From the human T2T-CHM13v2.0 reference genome, Homo sapiens: a stretch of 64,000 bases of DNA. How positions within the stretch are numbered: the stretch's first letter is position 1; the number at the start of each line of letters is the position of its first letter. Shown here piece by piece: positions 43,585 to 60,469 of the stretch. The stretch lies in NCBI RefSeq assembly GCF_009914755.1, contig NC_060947.1. One strand, written 5' to 3'. The notes under the pieces were generated by a model, which was not told the origin of the DNA, did not search any database, and was given only the letters and a program-made list of their open reading frames with translations. Position numbers and translations under genes: made by a program.

Positions 43585-43801
43585 AAGCAATTCTCAACAG
43601 GGGGTGACTGTGCCCCTCAGGGGACATTTGGCAATATCTGGAGATATTTTTCGTTGCCAAAGCTGGGGGAGAGGGTGCTTCTGGCATCTAGTGAGTAGAG
43701 ACCAGGGATGCTGCTCAACACCCACAGTGTACAGAATATGCTCTTATAACAAAGAATTACCCAGCCCCAGATGTCAATAGCTCCAATGTGGAGATTCTCT
43801 G
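43585..43801 (+). mobile_element. MER20 (hAT-Charlie)
   Basis: ttctcaacaggggg...ggggacatttggcaatatctggaga...ctggcatctagtgagtagagaccagggatgctgct...atgtcaatag. Confidence 0.85.
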
Positions 43802-44037
43802 AAGTAGCACAAAAAACATCTACATCGTTTAGACCACTGGTTCCTAATCCAGGCAATTTTGCCACCCAGGGACATTTAGCGGTGTCTGGAGACAGTTTTG
43901 GTTGTTACAACTGAGGGTGGGGGACACTACTGGCATCTAGTGGGTAGAGGCCAGGGATGCTCCTAAACCTCCTAGAATACACAGGACAGCCCCCATCCCC
44001 AAATAAAGAATGGTCACACCCAAAATGCCAATAGTGC

Positions 44038-44954
<917 letters not shown>

Positions 44955-45089
44955 GTGCCAAGAGTGAGAAACCCTGCTCTAAGGTTACAATACATAATTC
45001 TGGTCTCAGACATTTGGTGACACTGCCAAATTCTAAAATCTTAAAAAGAAATGCTTAAAAGAAAACTAACTTTCTTGGAAAACATTATA

Positions 45090-45905
45090 GAGCAGAGGTT
45101 CTCCATTTTTCCTACACATTGGAATAATCTGGGGAGCATCTGAAAATCCTGATGCCCTGGCTTCACCCCAGACCAATTTTATCAGAATTTATTGGGGACG
45201 GGACTCAGGAATTAGAGGGTTGGGGTTTGTTTTTTTGAAGCTCCCCCGGTAACTTCAATGAGCACTCAGTGTTATATAGCACAGGTCAGCAAACTGTGGC
45301 CCACCAGCTAAATCTGGCTCTCCTCATGGCCTGCAAACTCAGAATGATTTTGACATGATTCCAAGTGGTTACTTTTTTAACCGCTTAGAATATATTAAAA
45401 AACCTATTTTGTGACACATGAAAGGTACACAAAATTCAAATTTCTGTGTCTATAAATAAAGTTGTATTGGCACACAGCCACGCTCATTCATTTACATATG
45501 GTCTATGGCTACTTTCAAGCTACAAAGGCAGGGTTGAGTTGTTGCCACAGGTATTTACTATGTGGCCCTTTAAAGGAAAGTTTTGCAGACCTCTGTTAAA
45601 GAGCAGTGGTTCTCTCTCTCTCTCTCTTTTTTTTTTTTTTCCCAGATACAATCTCACTCTGTTACCCAGGTTCAAGTGCAGCAGTGCAATCTCAGCTCTC
45701 TGCAACTTCTGCCTCCTGGGCTCAAGCCATCCTCCTGCCTCAGCCTCCCAAATAGCTGGGACTACAGGAAAACTTTAACCTGCGTATAAATCTCCTCGGG
45801 ACTTCATTAAAATGCAGATTCTGTTCAGGCAGGTCTGGAAAGGACATTGAGCTCCCAAGAGATTCTATCCTGCCTGCCCACCAGTCTCACTCTGAGCCAG
45901 GAGTG
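45090..45905. mobile_element. cluster of MER5A-like, MER58B-like, Alu fragment (45627-45768) and MER5-like pieces
   Basis: recognisable cores: ggagcatctgaaaatcctgatgccc; ggtcagcaaactgtggccc...cacagccacgctcattcatttacata; aaaatgcagattctg. Confidence 0.65.
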
Positions 45906-45919
45906 GGCCCTCAAAGACG

Positions 45920-47935
<2,016 letters not shown>

Positions 47936-49354
47936 ATATAGTGCATTAAAAAGATGTGAAGTCAGTTGACAGGGGCTTCCTGTCCAAGAACAAAGTGCGA
48001 AATCAAATATAGGTTGCTTCTCAGTTCTCACGTCTTTCATGCAGTCCTGGACATAAAAGTTCAACTACATAACGATAAGAATGTGGAAACTATTTCTAAT
48101 GATAGAAAGGAAATCACTTTTTGGCAGGTCCTTTTAGAAGCTTGTCCTAAAATCTGTTTAATAAGGGATTTTCATTTTTGTGAAAACACTATGGAAGTCT
48201 TAAAATAGATGAGCCTCTAACATTTGCAATATGGTACTAGCAGAAGATAAGCAAGTCAATAAAAGCAATGATACGCTTCCATGACTGGGAATAAACAAAT
48301 CCAACAACCAGATACTTGTTAGTCTCTTCCTTTGCCTTTTGTGGGAACTGGCTTTGGTTTTCCCAAAAGCTTTTAGCCTGGTAAAGTGGGACAGCAAGGA
48401 ATCATGGAGATCAATGGAGAGTAGGGGAAGCCAGCTCTAAGTCCAGATGACACAGATTTTAAGAGCACAGCAATCTGGAGGCTACTCCAGACATTTGAGA
48501 AGTATTTAATATCTGCAATTTTGAGCTTTAGCAGCAATCAGTTTCCTTGACCATCTGGGCGACAGTGTCTCCACTTTCCTGGATTCCATTCCATTCAATG
48601 AGTGTCTGTCCAATACCTGCCATGTGCAAGCCACTGTGGTGGGGTCTGCAAGTGTGCCCTCCTGGCTTTGATCCTTGTGGGTGGGGTGAGGGGGGCGGTA
48701 AGACACACAGACACATAAGGTATCACTAAAGTAGAATAAAGAGAGTGCTGACACAGGGATATGGGGGAGTGAGGTAGGGACAGATCTCTTTGGTTGGTGT
48801 GGGTTGCTAAGGCAAAGGTTTATGGATGGCAGGAGGTGAAGAGGCCTTGAAGAACAGAAGGATTCCATGAAAAGCACAAAGGAAAGACAGCAGGACCCAT
48901 GTGATGTGGGAGACGTGGGGAGCGTTCAGGGTGTAGCCGAGTTCATCAAGGACACCAGGGTAATGGTGGGGAGAAGTCAGGAAGGTAGGTCCCCCCATTG
49001 CCTGGTCCATGGAAGATGTCCAAGCCAGCCTCAAGCCTCTGTGCTTCACTTTGCAGCAAGGGGAAGAGAGGGAAGGTTTGTGAGCAGGCGAGGCGTGACT
49101 CAGGATGTGCTTTTAAGAGATGAATCTGGCACTGGTGTGTGGGCTGGACTGGAGTGGGTGCAAGCTCAACTCTTCAGTGGTAGGCGGTGGCAGAATGGGT
49201 CTTCTGAGGTTTATTCATGGGGGCAGGACATCTTCAGTAAAAGCAGGAAGGATAAAAATTGGACAAAGCTGTGGAGCTATTAAGCAATCAACATCATGCA
49301 ACATTTTCTATTCGGGTGAGAAAGGGTGAGAGAATTTATGTGAACACATCTTCA

Positions 49355-49575
49355 CAAGGGCCATTCTAGAAAATGCAAACTAATCCACAGAGAAGGAGAG
49401 CAGATCAGTGGTTGCTTGGGGAGAGTGGGAGCATAGGAAGGATGGAAAGAGTTGGGAGTGGCAGCCACATTGCCATGCTGCTCATGGTGCTGCTTTCATG
49501 AGCACACACGTATGTCAAGGCTTGTCAGACACTTTAAAGAGATGCACCATATGCATATCAATTACACCACAAGAA
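49355..49575 (+). mobile_element. old L1M 3' fragment
   Basis: ttctagaaaatgcaaactaatc...agcagatcagtggttgcttgggg...tatcaattacacc. Confidence 0.55.
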
Positions 49576-50199
49576 AGCGTTTTCAGAAGACCTGTTTGTG
49601 AAGTTCAATTTCTACAAGACACACTAGTAATTTAAAAAGGTTGTGAACCCCTTTGAGAAACTAAGGATTGGTGGTGAAAGCCAAGAGCCACATTAACCTG
49701 GGTGATGGGAACCCTCCAGGCAGCAAGGCACAGCAGAGGCATCCTCTGGACTGAGGGTAAGGACAGCAAGGGTCAGGGAGGCCTTAGGGCTTTTACTAGA
49801 CAAGCAGAGGGCAGGAGGCTACAGTGAGGGGGAAGGAAAATAAAGGGCGCTGAGGAAGACATACCTGTTCCTCTAACCACAATAACACACTCATATGCCC
49901 TGCATACATCTCTATATGCATAGGGTGTTTATAGCACGTGCTATATGCAAACACACGTGTATGGTATTATGTTGCATAAATAAATATATGTAGGTTTAAA
50001 TGTATTGGTTTATGCACTGCGTGCCTTTTAAAAGAGTGAGTTTCTCTTCAGGAAACACCGATACATAGATTGTATATAATATTCCAGACTTATCAAGCTA
50101 TCCATGCCTGCAATAAGCTTAACATCTGGGACAAAGCTACCCCATGGACTTCTACTGCTTCACTTAGAACCAATTTCCTGACTCAAAGCGTAGGACCTA

Positions 50200-50552
50200 G
50201 CCCAGGGGTTCTCAACTCTTGGTACTATTGGCATGGGCCATCCTTTGTTGGGGAGGGGCCGTCCTGTGCACTGTAGGATGTTTAGCAGCATCCCTGACCT
50301 CTACACCACTAGATGCCTAAAAGGCATCTCCTGAAAGGCAGAAACTCCCCCGGATTGGGAAACACTGGTCTACCACAGTGGTTCTCAACCTTGGCTGCAC
50401 AGAGGATCACCTGGTGGGGGAGCTTTCAAGAACGCTGATGCCTGGGTCCCACCCTCAAGATTCTGAATGACTTGGTCTGGATGTGGCTTCGGAATTTTAA
50501 AAGACCTCCCCTTCCTTCCAGGGTTCTACTGTGAAGCTCAGGCTGAGAACTT
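50200..50552. mobile_element. MER20-like fragment plus MER5A
   Basis: gtcctgtgcactgtaggatgtttagcagcatccctgacctctac; cagtggttctcaaccttggctgcac...ggctgagaac. Confidence 0.7.
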
Positions 50553-50629
50553 CTTATTCAAGAAAATCATCCCACAAAGTTAACCCTATTTACATGCAGA
50601 TGATTCTAGAAACCTCGATTAGCCAACCT

Positions 50630-50893
<264 letters not shown>

Positions 50894-51322
50894 AACGAGT
50901 AGCCAATCTGAACTTACTTAACAAACACCTGCTGAGCTCCTATGCAACTCTCAGAGTGCAAGGTCTTGACCAGCCTGGCCCAGGAAATGAGCCATGTACA
51001 CAATGGACACTAAAATTAGACAATTTCATATAGAGTCACACATCATGAGTGCTAAAAATAAAGTGATCATCATTCAACACTATGAACGACTGCTTTCTTG
51101 GTCCTAGGTCCCGAGCCAGGCCAAAGCAGGGAGCAAGGCATGAAGACCTCTGCTCACAGAGAGCTTAGAGTCTAGTACCTCAGGAAGGCCGTCAAACACC
51201 TGCCAGGTACTCATTTAACCCAGTGATACATTCTCTGAGAGGTGAGGCTTTGAGAAAGTGAAGAGGTTATGATCATTAAGGAGATGGAGGATGCATTTGC
51301 ACTGTGAAATGTTTATACAGAC

Positions 51323-51889
51323 TGTGGCAGGCAGCTAAGACACCAACCCCAATGATCCCCACAAACCTACATTCATGGCCTTGTGTAATTCCTTCCCCTG
51401 AATGTGGGCTGGACCTAGTAGCTTACTTCTTAGGACTAGAATATGGCAAAAGTGATGAGATGTCACTTCCCTGATTAGGTTTCAAAAAATTGACTTCTGT
51501 CCTGTTAGCATTGTCTCTCTGGCTGGCACATTCTCTTACCTGCTCACTTGCTCTCTCTATCTGATGAAGTCATCTGCTATGTCATGAAGTAGCTATGGAG
51601 AGCCCACACATGGAAAAAAATCAAGGGAGGTTTTAGGCCAGCAGCTTGTGAGGAACTGAGGCCCTCAGTCCCAAAGTAACCAAGTCCTGCCAGTAGCCAC
51701 ATGAATGAGCTTGGAAGTGGATCCTTCCCCAGTTAGGCCTTCAGATGAGACTGAAATCTCATTAGAGTTTCTGAGACAGCTAAGCTGAGTCCAGACTCCT
51801 GACCTAAGGAAGCCGAGATAATATACATTTTTGTTTCTAGCCACTATGTTTTGGAGGAATTTGTTATGCAACAATTGATAACTAACACA
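51323..51889 (+). mobile_element. MaLR solo LTR (MLT1F/G-like)
   Basis: tgtggcaggcagc...tgtgggctggacctagt...atttgttatgcaacaattgataactaacaca; cagac/cagcc 5-bp TSD with one mismatch. Confidence 0.8.
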
Positions 51890-52164
51890 CAGCCTGAGCT
51901 CTGATGTTTGCCTACAGCTTTACAATCTAATGTTTTTGCATTGGCTCTTATACACAAAGATATAGTGGCAATAGCGAAACATTACTTCAAGAGGAATTTA
52001 CTTCAAATTCAATAGTACTGTCTGCTAAGGATGTGGAGGTTTGACTTTGAGCATCTTAACTGTAAATACATATACAGGTTGAACATATACATACACAGGC
52101 TGAACTGAAACGATACTTTACCAAAGATGTTATAATGAGGGGTTATGGCCTTCTATGTATATAG

Positions 52165-52470
52165 CAGTGGTGGTCAAACTTTACTGTGCATTAGAATTGC
52201 CTGGGGGAGCTTCTTAAAATGGGCCAAATTTCTGGGACCCATCGCAGAGAGTGTAGGTGGGGACTGGGAATCTGATTTTTCTTTTTAAGAGATCGGGTCT
52301 TGCTATGTTGCCCAGGCTGAACTTGAACTTCTGGGCTCAAGTGATCCTCCTGCCTTAGCCTCCCAAGTAGCTGGGACTACAGATGTGTGCCACCATGCCC
52401 ATATGAAATCTGAATTTTTAACCAGCATTCTTAGCGATTCCGATTCAGGGCATTGGAACCTCATACTTAA
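52165..52470. mobile_element. MER5A-like element split by an Alu monomer (about 52276-52400, minus)
   Basis: gcagtggtggtcaaact...gggaatctgattttt[FLAM/FAM]aatctgaatttttaaccagc. Confidence 0.65.
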
Positions 52471-52907
52471 AAAAAAAAAAAAAGAAAGAAATGATCCCCA
52501 GCACTACATTTAGTAAACCACAAATATCTTTTCTATACACAGGAAATAAAACTTGCTAAAGTGCACTGAATAGAACACTAGATGAAAGTAGCTCACAGTA
52601 TCCACTTAACGGGACTTGGTTTATTATGGGAAAACTCAGAGAAGGACCTGAAAGAGGCCAGAGGGGCTGAGCTTCTAGAAAGTACCAAGAAATTCTCTGA
52701 AGAAGGGCTGAGCCTTAGTTGACAGCCTGTGAGCAGGGAGTCCCTATTCCCCACAGAGAACAAGGATTCTGGGGCCTGGAGGGCAGAGGATGAGGGATGT
52801 TTGATGGAGAAGATTTTAGGAAACTGAGTGCCGAGCAAAGTTTTTAGGTGTTGCCTAACATCAGTAGATAGAGTATTGCATTTTGACACACTTTGCAAAT
52901 TCTAATT

Positions 52908-53080
52908 CAAGGATTGGCAATTGTTTTCTGTAAAGGACCAGATGGCAAATATTTTTGGCTTTGCAGGGTGTATAGTTGCAGCTTCTCAACTCTGCTAGTG
53001 GAGTACGAAAGCAGCCACAGACAATCAAATGGGCCTGGCTGGTTCCGATAACATTTTCTTTACAAAAACAGTGGGTGGCA
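52908..53080 (+). mobile_element. MER58A-like
   Basis: ggattggcaattgttttctgtaaaggaccagatggcaaatatttttggctttgcaggg. Confidence 0.7.
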
Positions 53081-55494
53081 TCACCAGCCTCGTCTGTCAA
53101 ATCCTCACAGGAATCTCGATTTATTGCCACTGGGAAACAGCACATGAATATAAACAAGGTTTTCTCAAGACACAGGAAGTCTTGTTTCGATCCCATTACC
53201 TCTCCTACCAGCCTGACATTTCACCCCTAGAGCTGGTCCTTGGGGGTGAAAGCATTGTTCATGGAAGTCTCCAGAAAATACAAGCATGATGATCTTCAGA
53301 GGAAGATTTGTCCCACCTAAATGACTCTGACACCCAGAGCATTCCGTTTAGTACAAAAGCCAATTCATATAAGCTTTTCATAGACGTGGACGCACTCAGG
53401 GGGTGAGGGTATATGTGGCTTATTTGGGAGTGAACTTCGGCACCCAAAAGGACACAGCCTGAGGAGGTGGGAAGACCTAAGTGGCTGATTTCAGCTACTC
53501 CCCAGCTACTTCAGAGTAATTCCAGTTACCTCTAAGGGTGGCAAAAGATTTCAAAGCAAAATTAATTTTAATGGACTCTAGTTAGATTTATATGAAAACA
53601 TATAACATAAGGGACATTTCAAAGGCAGCAAAGACCAGATGACACTACTTCTCAAAGACCGAGAAGTACTCAGTCTTGAATAATCCAAGTCAGTGTCCCT
53701 ACAATCAGACATGTCTGACAGAAAGCCCGAGATCAACACTCAATACTCATCGATCTGCTTTTTATCTCTGCTTTCTCTGTCTGCCTACTCTAAGGTGAGA
53801 AGCAAAGGTAAGACCAAAAGACAAAGGGAGCTGATATGTCACACACACAGTAAGCCATTGTTACATAATTAGGTGCTAATCACAGACTAACAATATAGCG
53901 CATAAACAATGGAACGTTCAAAAACAATCAAGAAATTACTTATATCGATAAGTATTTGTTTACAGCTATATATAAATTATTTTATATATATATATATAAA
54001 GACTGCCATAGCAGTCAGTAAATAAACTATAAAATCGTTAACTGCTGTATATGGCACTTTTTTGGTGAAAACTGCAGGTGCTTTGAAAATGAAAGAATTG
54101 ATACATTTCAGAAAACAAAAGGCAAAGTACTCTAAAAATCTCAGGGACTTTACGGCATGAGCCTGAGCTACAACGTGCTTCCACTGTGTTCACCATTTAC
54201 CTCTATGTAATCAGAAATATCTTGAGTAACTGGAAGGCATCAGACAGACTGAGAGCATCCACTGGCTTAGGCTGGATAAGCTACAAAAGCTTCTGCAACC
54301 AGCCTCTGGGGACAGAATGATACCACCAGCAGAACCCACACGGCACGACCAGACTGTCAGTTATGGTCGACACCCAACTATGGCCAGAGGTGGAATGGTA
54401 CACGCAGAAGGATTAAGGGTTTTTCTTCCCCCTTAAAATACATTTCAAGTGGTTTGGGAGAAGACCTCGAACTTAGTGGCCTTACAACCTTAGGTTAGGA
54501 AAGAGTGACACTAAAGAACAATGACAAAAATCCAGTAGCATTTCCCAGGACTTATAGCTACAGGTGTCCCTCTACAAAGCAGATCAGTGAGAGAGAAGTC
54601 CCAGGCTCAGCCTAGAAGGGGGCCAAGGGATAAAGTCTGCAGTTCCCAGGAGCCAGCCTGTGGTTACATCTGGGCAGACAAGGTGCAACATGAGTTAACA
54701 GCAGTGCTGGGCCCTCCGTCAGTCTGCTACCCGCCCCCACCCCACAACCCCGTGGCGACTCAGGAATCCATTCTCTGTGGTGCAAATCACAACACTTGGG
54801 CTTCTTGCTAAATACCAACACTCCAGAGGGCCCTCCTCTCCCGACATCCTCTGTGACAGTCCCTATGTAGAGGGTGTGCTCTTTGTCCCGACTTCTGGAA
54901 TTATCTGTGGCCATTTTAACTGAAACATCAGAGCATTTTGGATTTGAGAGGCGGAAATTGGTGATATGTGAAGTGGGTGGTTATTCTACTCCTTCCTTGT
55001 GAGACTGAATTCTGAATTACAGATTTAACTGTATATAAAGAACCATTCTTAGTCCACTAAAAATGGCAGCCTATATTTAGTCACGGCATCTTGCATGTCA
55101 TTGGATTATATTAAAGAGGGAGATGAGAGACATTTGAGAATTTCTCCCAAGCTTCCATCAACTACTTTCTCCTCTGGCCCTCACTTTGCCACAAAGAAAC
55201 AAACCTTTCTCACCTTCACTGCCCCTTCCCCAAACCCCCTCATGAGACAAGCAGGTAAGAGAAGCAAGGTCACTGTTTTTCAAACCAGCCAGGACTCAAC
55301 AGATTAATGACTGCCTTGGCATTGCTTAGACATGCCTCTTCCTAAATAGAAACGGAAAGAAGAAAGGATGAATACCTTGAGCAATTCTTTATCTTTTCCA
55401 AAGATAAAGATTTCTAGATCTCTTGAGGGTAAATTCACATAATCAATTCCTTCCTGTCTTCTCCCTTCTTGCTCTTGGACCTTGCTCTTAATTA

Positions 55495-55650
55495 CTGCTT
55501 CTCAAGCTTTAATGTGCATAGGAACTACCTGGAAGTCTTATGAAAATGCAGATTCTGATTCAGTGGGGCTGGGTGGGACCTGGGACTCTGCATTTCTAAC
55601 GAGCTCCTGGAGGTGTTGATTCTGCTGGTCCACAGCCCGCACTTGGAATA
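55495..55650. mobile_element. MER5A
   Basis: ctgcttctcaagctttaatgtgcatagg...aaaatgcagattctgattcagtgggg...ctctgcatttctaac. Confidence 0.75.
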
Positions 55651-57420
55651 GAGAATCTAGATTGTCTTAGGCTATCCTCTGGAGCCTGTGTAACACAATC
55701 TACAACAGTCTGGACGTGCTCCCTCCAATGTTAAGCACAATATGCCACTGACTGGAGACTTAGCATGAACTACTCCCTGCTTCATCGCTTGCCTGCATCT
55801 CAGACCACCACCTCAGGCCAGGCCCCTAGGGCAGCATCATGGACGGCGGGGGGGGCGGGGGGGGGGTAGCCCATGTGGTCATACATCATTTCATCTCCTG
55901 AAGGCAGAAAAGATGTGGACACTACATGTCCAACGCAGCTAAAAATTGAAAAGGAAAAAGAGATAAGGAAAGAATAACTATCTAACCCCTAAAGATGGAA
56001 TTCTACTGGGAAGTAGTAGCAAGAAAAAGAAAACCATGAAAAGGACCCTGGAACCGCCATGACCTTTCCAATGGGGAATAAGGAAGTTCCTGGAGAAGGG
56101 CAGTCTCTGCTACAGTAACTGCATGAGTGGGAGAGGCATTTTCCTTTGGCAAAAATTTCCTGGTCAGCCTGTATCAAAACCTCTTTTTCCCCCATGGAAA
56201 AAGGCTGACAACTCTGCAAAAAAATTAATAAAAAAAAAAAGAAAAAAAAAAAGAGCCATACAGAATTCCCTATTTTTTGCCTCATACCATCTGGTTGGGG
56301 TTGGAGATCTAAGTATAGAATGGCAACGGCATTGATTTAGGACCCAACAAAATCTGTAAGTGTCTGGAAAGGCGATGGCATGGCTAGAGTGGGTCCCTTC
56401 ACTCTGTGGCCTGCGCTGTAGGCTTTACACTATCACACATAAGGTCTCTGCAGACAGCTCCAGACATTAACAGTCCCCGTGGAGGCATCTTTTTTCCAAT
56501 TATTTCCATCAATGCACACAAAAAGTTAAAACTATGTGTAGGTGGAGATTGTTTCAGGATCTGGGAAGATAATTCTTTAAATCAAATTCAGTGATTTTGT
56601 TTCTCCCCCTCAGGCAAGAACCTGTTAGTTCATGGAATTCTCGCTTGCAGTAGTATCACCAGCAACCTGATACTATTAGACTTCCACAATCTTTCATCAT
56701 ATCATTATGGAATTCCAAAAAACTTGAAAAGTAATTTTTTTTTCTCCCCTAACTCATCTGGCAGCAAAACCTGTTCTGATCTCCTCTTCCTTGGTGCCAA
56801 AATCTCACCTGAATGGACAAGGAGTTGTTTATAGTCTTGGGCTCTCCAGAAAGATTAATGAGTTAGATCTGCAGAGACACTCAGTGGTGGTATCATGCAG
56901 TACATGATGTATGCACTATGTTATCTTTTGGAAACCCAAATTCTTTGGAATTCTGAAAGAAATCAGTTTCAGAAAAACAGAAAATGGAGCCTCGTATTTT
57001 TCTTCTCAGCTGCCACTGCTGCTATGAATGCCCAGATTCTGGTGTTTCACCGTAGGATCAAAAGCACACAAATATTATTGCAATGCTTTTACAGGGAACT
57101 GCTCAACAAGTGGAGAAAACTCTTCAAGAGCAATTGATAGAGGTTTCTTTTATTCCCCCCCAATAAGATATTGTGTTTATTCTTTACCAGTTTAGTGAAC
57201 TAAAATACAGAAAAGAATAAGTATTTTTCTGGGTTTCCAGCTGGCCTGATGTCATTCAACACTCTTAAAATGAAGACTCTTAAAGACTCTTAAGATGAAG
57301 AGGGACTCCTCCCTCAAGCAGTTGTTTCTGATAACTTGGGGGCTTCTTGTTATGTTAAAAAATACCCCTTTCCCCGCTCCCCACCCTTGAATTATGCACA
57401 TCTCATGGTTTTTTTTGCTG

Positions 57421-57825
57421 CTTTTTTTTTCAAAAGTAGCTTTACTGAGATATAATTTATATTCTATAAAATTCACCTGTTTCAAGTATACAATTCAATG
57501 ACTTTGAGTAAATGTACAGCGTTGTGTGACCATCGCCACAATCTAATTTTAGAACATTTTCATCACAGCAAAAATGATCCCTTGTACCCATCTGTAGTTG
57601 CTCCCCAATCCTCCCTTCTCTCAGCCTCTGGCAACCATTAACCTACTTCTTATCTCACCAATTCTGTAAATTTAACATAAACAGAGTGGTAGAACATTTG
57701 GTCTCTTGTGTCTGGCTTCTTTCACTTAGCATGATGTTTTTGAGGTTCATCCATGTTGTAGCATGCACAAATATTTCATTCCTTTTTATTGCTGAATAGT
57801 AGCTATTGTATGGATATATCACGTC
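57421..57825 (-). mobile_element. L1MB 3' end fragment
   Basis: gctttactgagatataattt...ctggcttctttcacttagcatgatgtttttgaggttcatccatgttgtagcat. Confidence 0.8.
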
Positions 57826-59078
57826 TAATGACTTTTTTTAAATCAAGATTCCAGAACCCTCCATATTCTTTATAGGATCCATGAGAATGGATGGCTGATG
57901 TCACCTCATGCTCACCCTATTTAGCCAGCGCTGCACAGGCACACACAGAACCAACACCTGATAGCCATAGGACAGATGAAGGAATGCATAACCCAAGACA
58001 GAACTAAATCCAACGTCAGATTTCATTTTAATTAACCTGACAACACAATTTAGATTTTAAAGGAAAAGGTTTTATTAATCATGGATTTTATGACTTTGTA
58101 ATTCAATGGGTAACTTACATTGTACCTTGGGATTGCCCTTTCTGGAGCTGTACCATGCTACATTTACTCCTGAAAAAGTTAGCAAGCATTTGGGAGAAAT
58201 GTTATGGATTGATGCAAAATCACAGAAATACTTTAAGCCTCTTACTGTGTTTATCCGACCTACCACCAGCCCTTTATGTCTGCATTTTATGTAGTTTGAA
58301 CTATGGTTGTACACTGGCAAAATCACTGAGTTTTAGCTAACTGAGCTGGGCATTACAACTTGTGTTGGTTTTGGGAACGTGGGAGGTTGGATGTTCATAC
58401 TGCTTCACCTTTTGCCCCTTCTAGGTCCCCAAATCAGCTGTCGCACACCTCACCCAGATCCAGCACCTAGCAGTTCTGAATGGCCAATGTTCCTCACGAG
58501 CAAGGAAAATGGAAACCGGACCCACTGAACCTACCTGATGGGAATCGGGTACATGGTTATCCAATCCTACTTTCACAGCTTTGATTTCTCTTTCTCAAAG
58601 GCAATGACTGAGGTGAGAGGGTGGTGCAGAGCAGCAGGGCTGGGAAGACATTTGGGGACACTCACAGTACTCTCAGGGCCAAGGCTCCTTGAAGGCCCTG
58701 GCCCAGTTCTTGGCCACATGGGGGATGTGGGTGGCCCCCCTCCCCCATTATTGGTTCAGGCATTGGAAATTTCATGGTTAACCAAAGGCATATCTCACTG
58801 TACATTGTTCCCTTTGAGAAGACGAAGTGATTGAAGGTGAAAGAGGGAAGAGGGAAGAAGGAGAAGAAAGTGGAGAAAGATGGGGTGGAATGGAGAGGGA
58901 GAGAGAAAAAGAAAGATGATTAAAAAATGTTTATAGGGCGAATTCCACCCATGCCCGTGTGAACAAATTAATGCACCAAGCAAAACATAAAATATCACCA
59001 AGCTGCAAGAGCCATTACAAATAATATTAAAGATAACAGTTGACTTGCTATTAGAATTCACCCCAAGGCTGTATTTAC

Positions 59079-59198
59079 CTGGACTGCTCAAGGGGCTAGC
59101 CCTGTCCCCCAGGGTTGGCACGGGATGGTACTGGTGGTTCTTTGAGCCTGGGTACATCCAGTGGTACCTGCCAATTTCCATTTCAGCTCTGCTGTTCA
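59079..59198 (-). CDS. GPM6B: GPM6B exon 2 (120 nt, symmetric cassette)
   Basis: minus aattggcag|TG AAC AGC...CCA G|gtaaat; NSRAEMEIGRYHWMYPGSKNHQYHPVPTLGDRASPLSSP, in phase with exon 3. Confidence 0.9.
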
Positions 59199-60469
59199 CT
59201 GCCAATTTCAGGTGGCAAAGAGTCAGTGTCTCTATCTCCAGCAAAGATTCTATATCAGCATTTTTATTTATTCTTTACCATAGAAAGGAAATGGGGAGTT
59301 TAAAAAATATGCTATTGAAATGCAACCCTTCAGTACCAGCATGATCCATTGAGAATGTCCTCCGTTTCTAAATTGAAGTTTATGTAAATCACCAAAATGA
59401 TCTTTATTTTCTACATCTTTCCCCCAACACACACCATATCCTGCTTCTTAAAATGCTCATTTGGGGAAGATACTATTTATAGTGAAAATTTGGCTCCTCA
59501 CAATAATATTTTTCTTTCTGTTTCCTTTTCAGACCAACAGAGCACTAACAGAGCACTATAATTATTGCCAGCTGCACTAGCAAAGGTGAACGCAGGCTCC
59601 CTCTCTGTAAGGGTACCCAGCTCTAGTCCAGAAAACCTGGCAAACAACCTAATGGTCTGCTGTTTCTTGGATGAAATGCTTGTCCTCCCATTGACGTCTG
59701 CAGTATTGTCTGTCACCTTATCTTAAACTCAGAACGTCAGAGTCTAGAATGTTCTGGATTAAATCCTGTTCCAATTTTCTCCCATGTGCTATACAGAAAG
59801 GGCTACTGGTCTTGGGCTCGAACCACTGCTTAATTACACACATGGTGACAGCTGGCACTCCCTGAGGACTCAGGTCTCTATCTGGTAATATGATACAATA
59901 TTTCCCACTTCTTAGGGGATTGCAAAGAAAAATACCTACCAATTTGCCTGGCACAGAGTAGGCTTCTCATAAAAGTTAGTTGAATTACAATCTTGAAATC
60001 TCAAAGAGATCATAAGGTCGCTATGGCCAGTTTATCTCCGAGAATCCCATAAAACCTAATAAGGGGTTATATCCTCTGGGGCACCACAAATATTTAAGGA
60101 TTAAAAAAAAATTGTGCCATTGATGTGGGTAATGATTCCATCAGAAGATCAGGTCATAATGCACCATCTGGCAGCTCAGGTCTCTGAGGAGAAGAACCTA
60201 CTAAAGCCACAGTGTGAGGCAAGTAAAACCTCACAAAGCCTTTATAAAATCCCAACTCCACTCTCCACAATCTCTGAAAACTTGTAAGGTATTTCAAGTT
60301 TGGAAGCAGAAACATGCTTTTCTAGAATGTTTTAGAAAAAATCTTTTTGACTTCAAGGTAAGGTATACATAACTCATTTAAAACCAGGGTAGGGAGGTAC
60401 AGAAAAGATGCTGGGATAAGATCAGAACTGCACAATGAAACTATTTTTGTGGTCAATGATGATGACAGC

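Noticed and set aside
58795-59244. 149-aa minus ORF with a hydrophobic tail
   Set aside because: GPM6B exon 2 read through into intron; the hydrophobic part comes from a low-complexity pyrimidine tract
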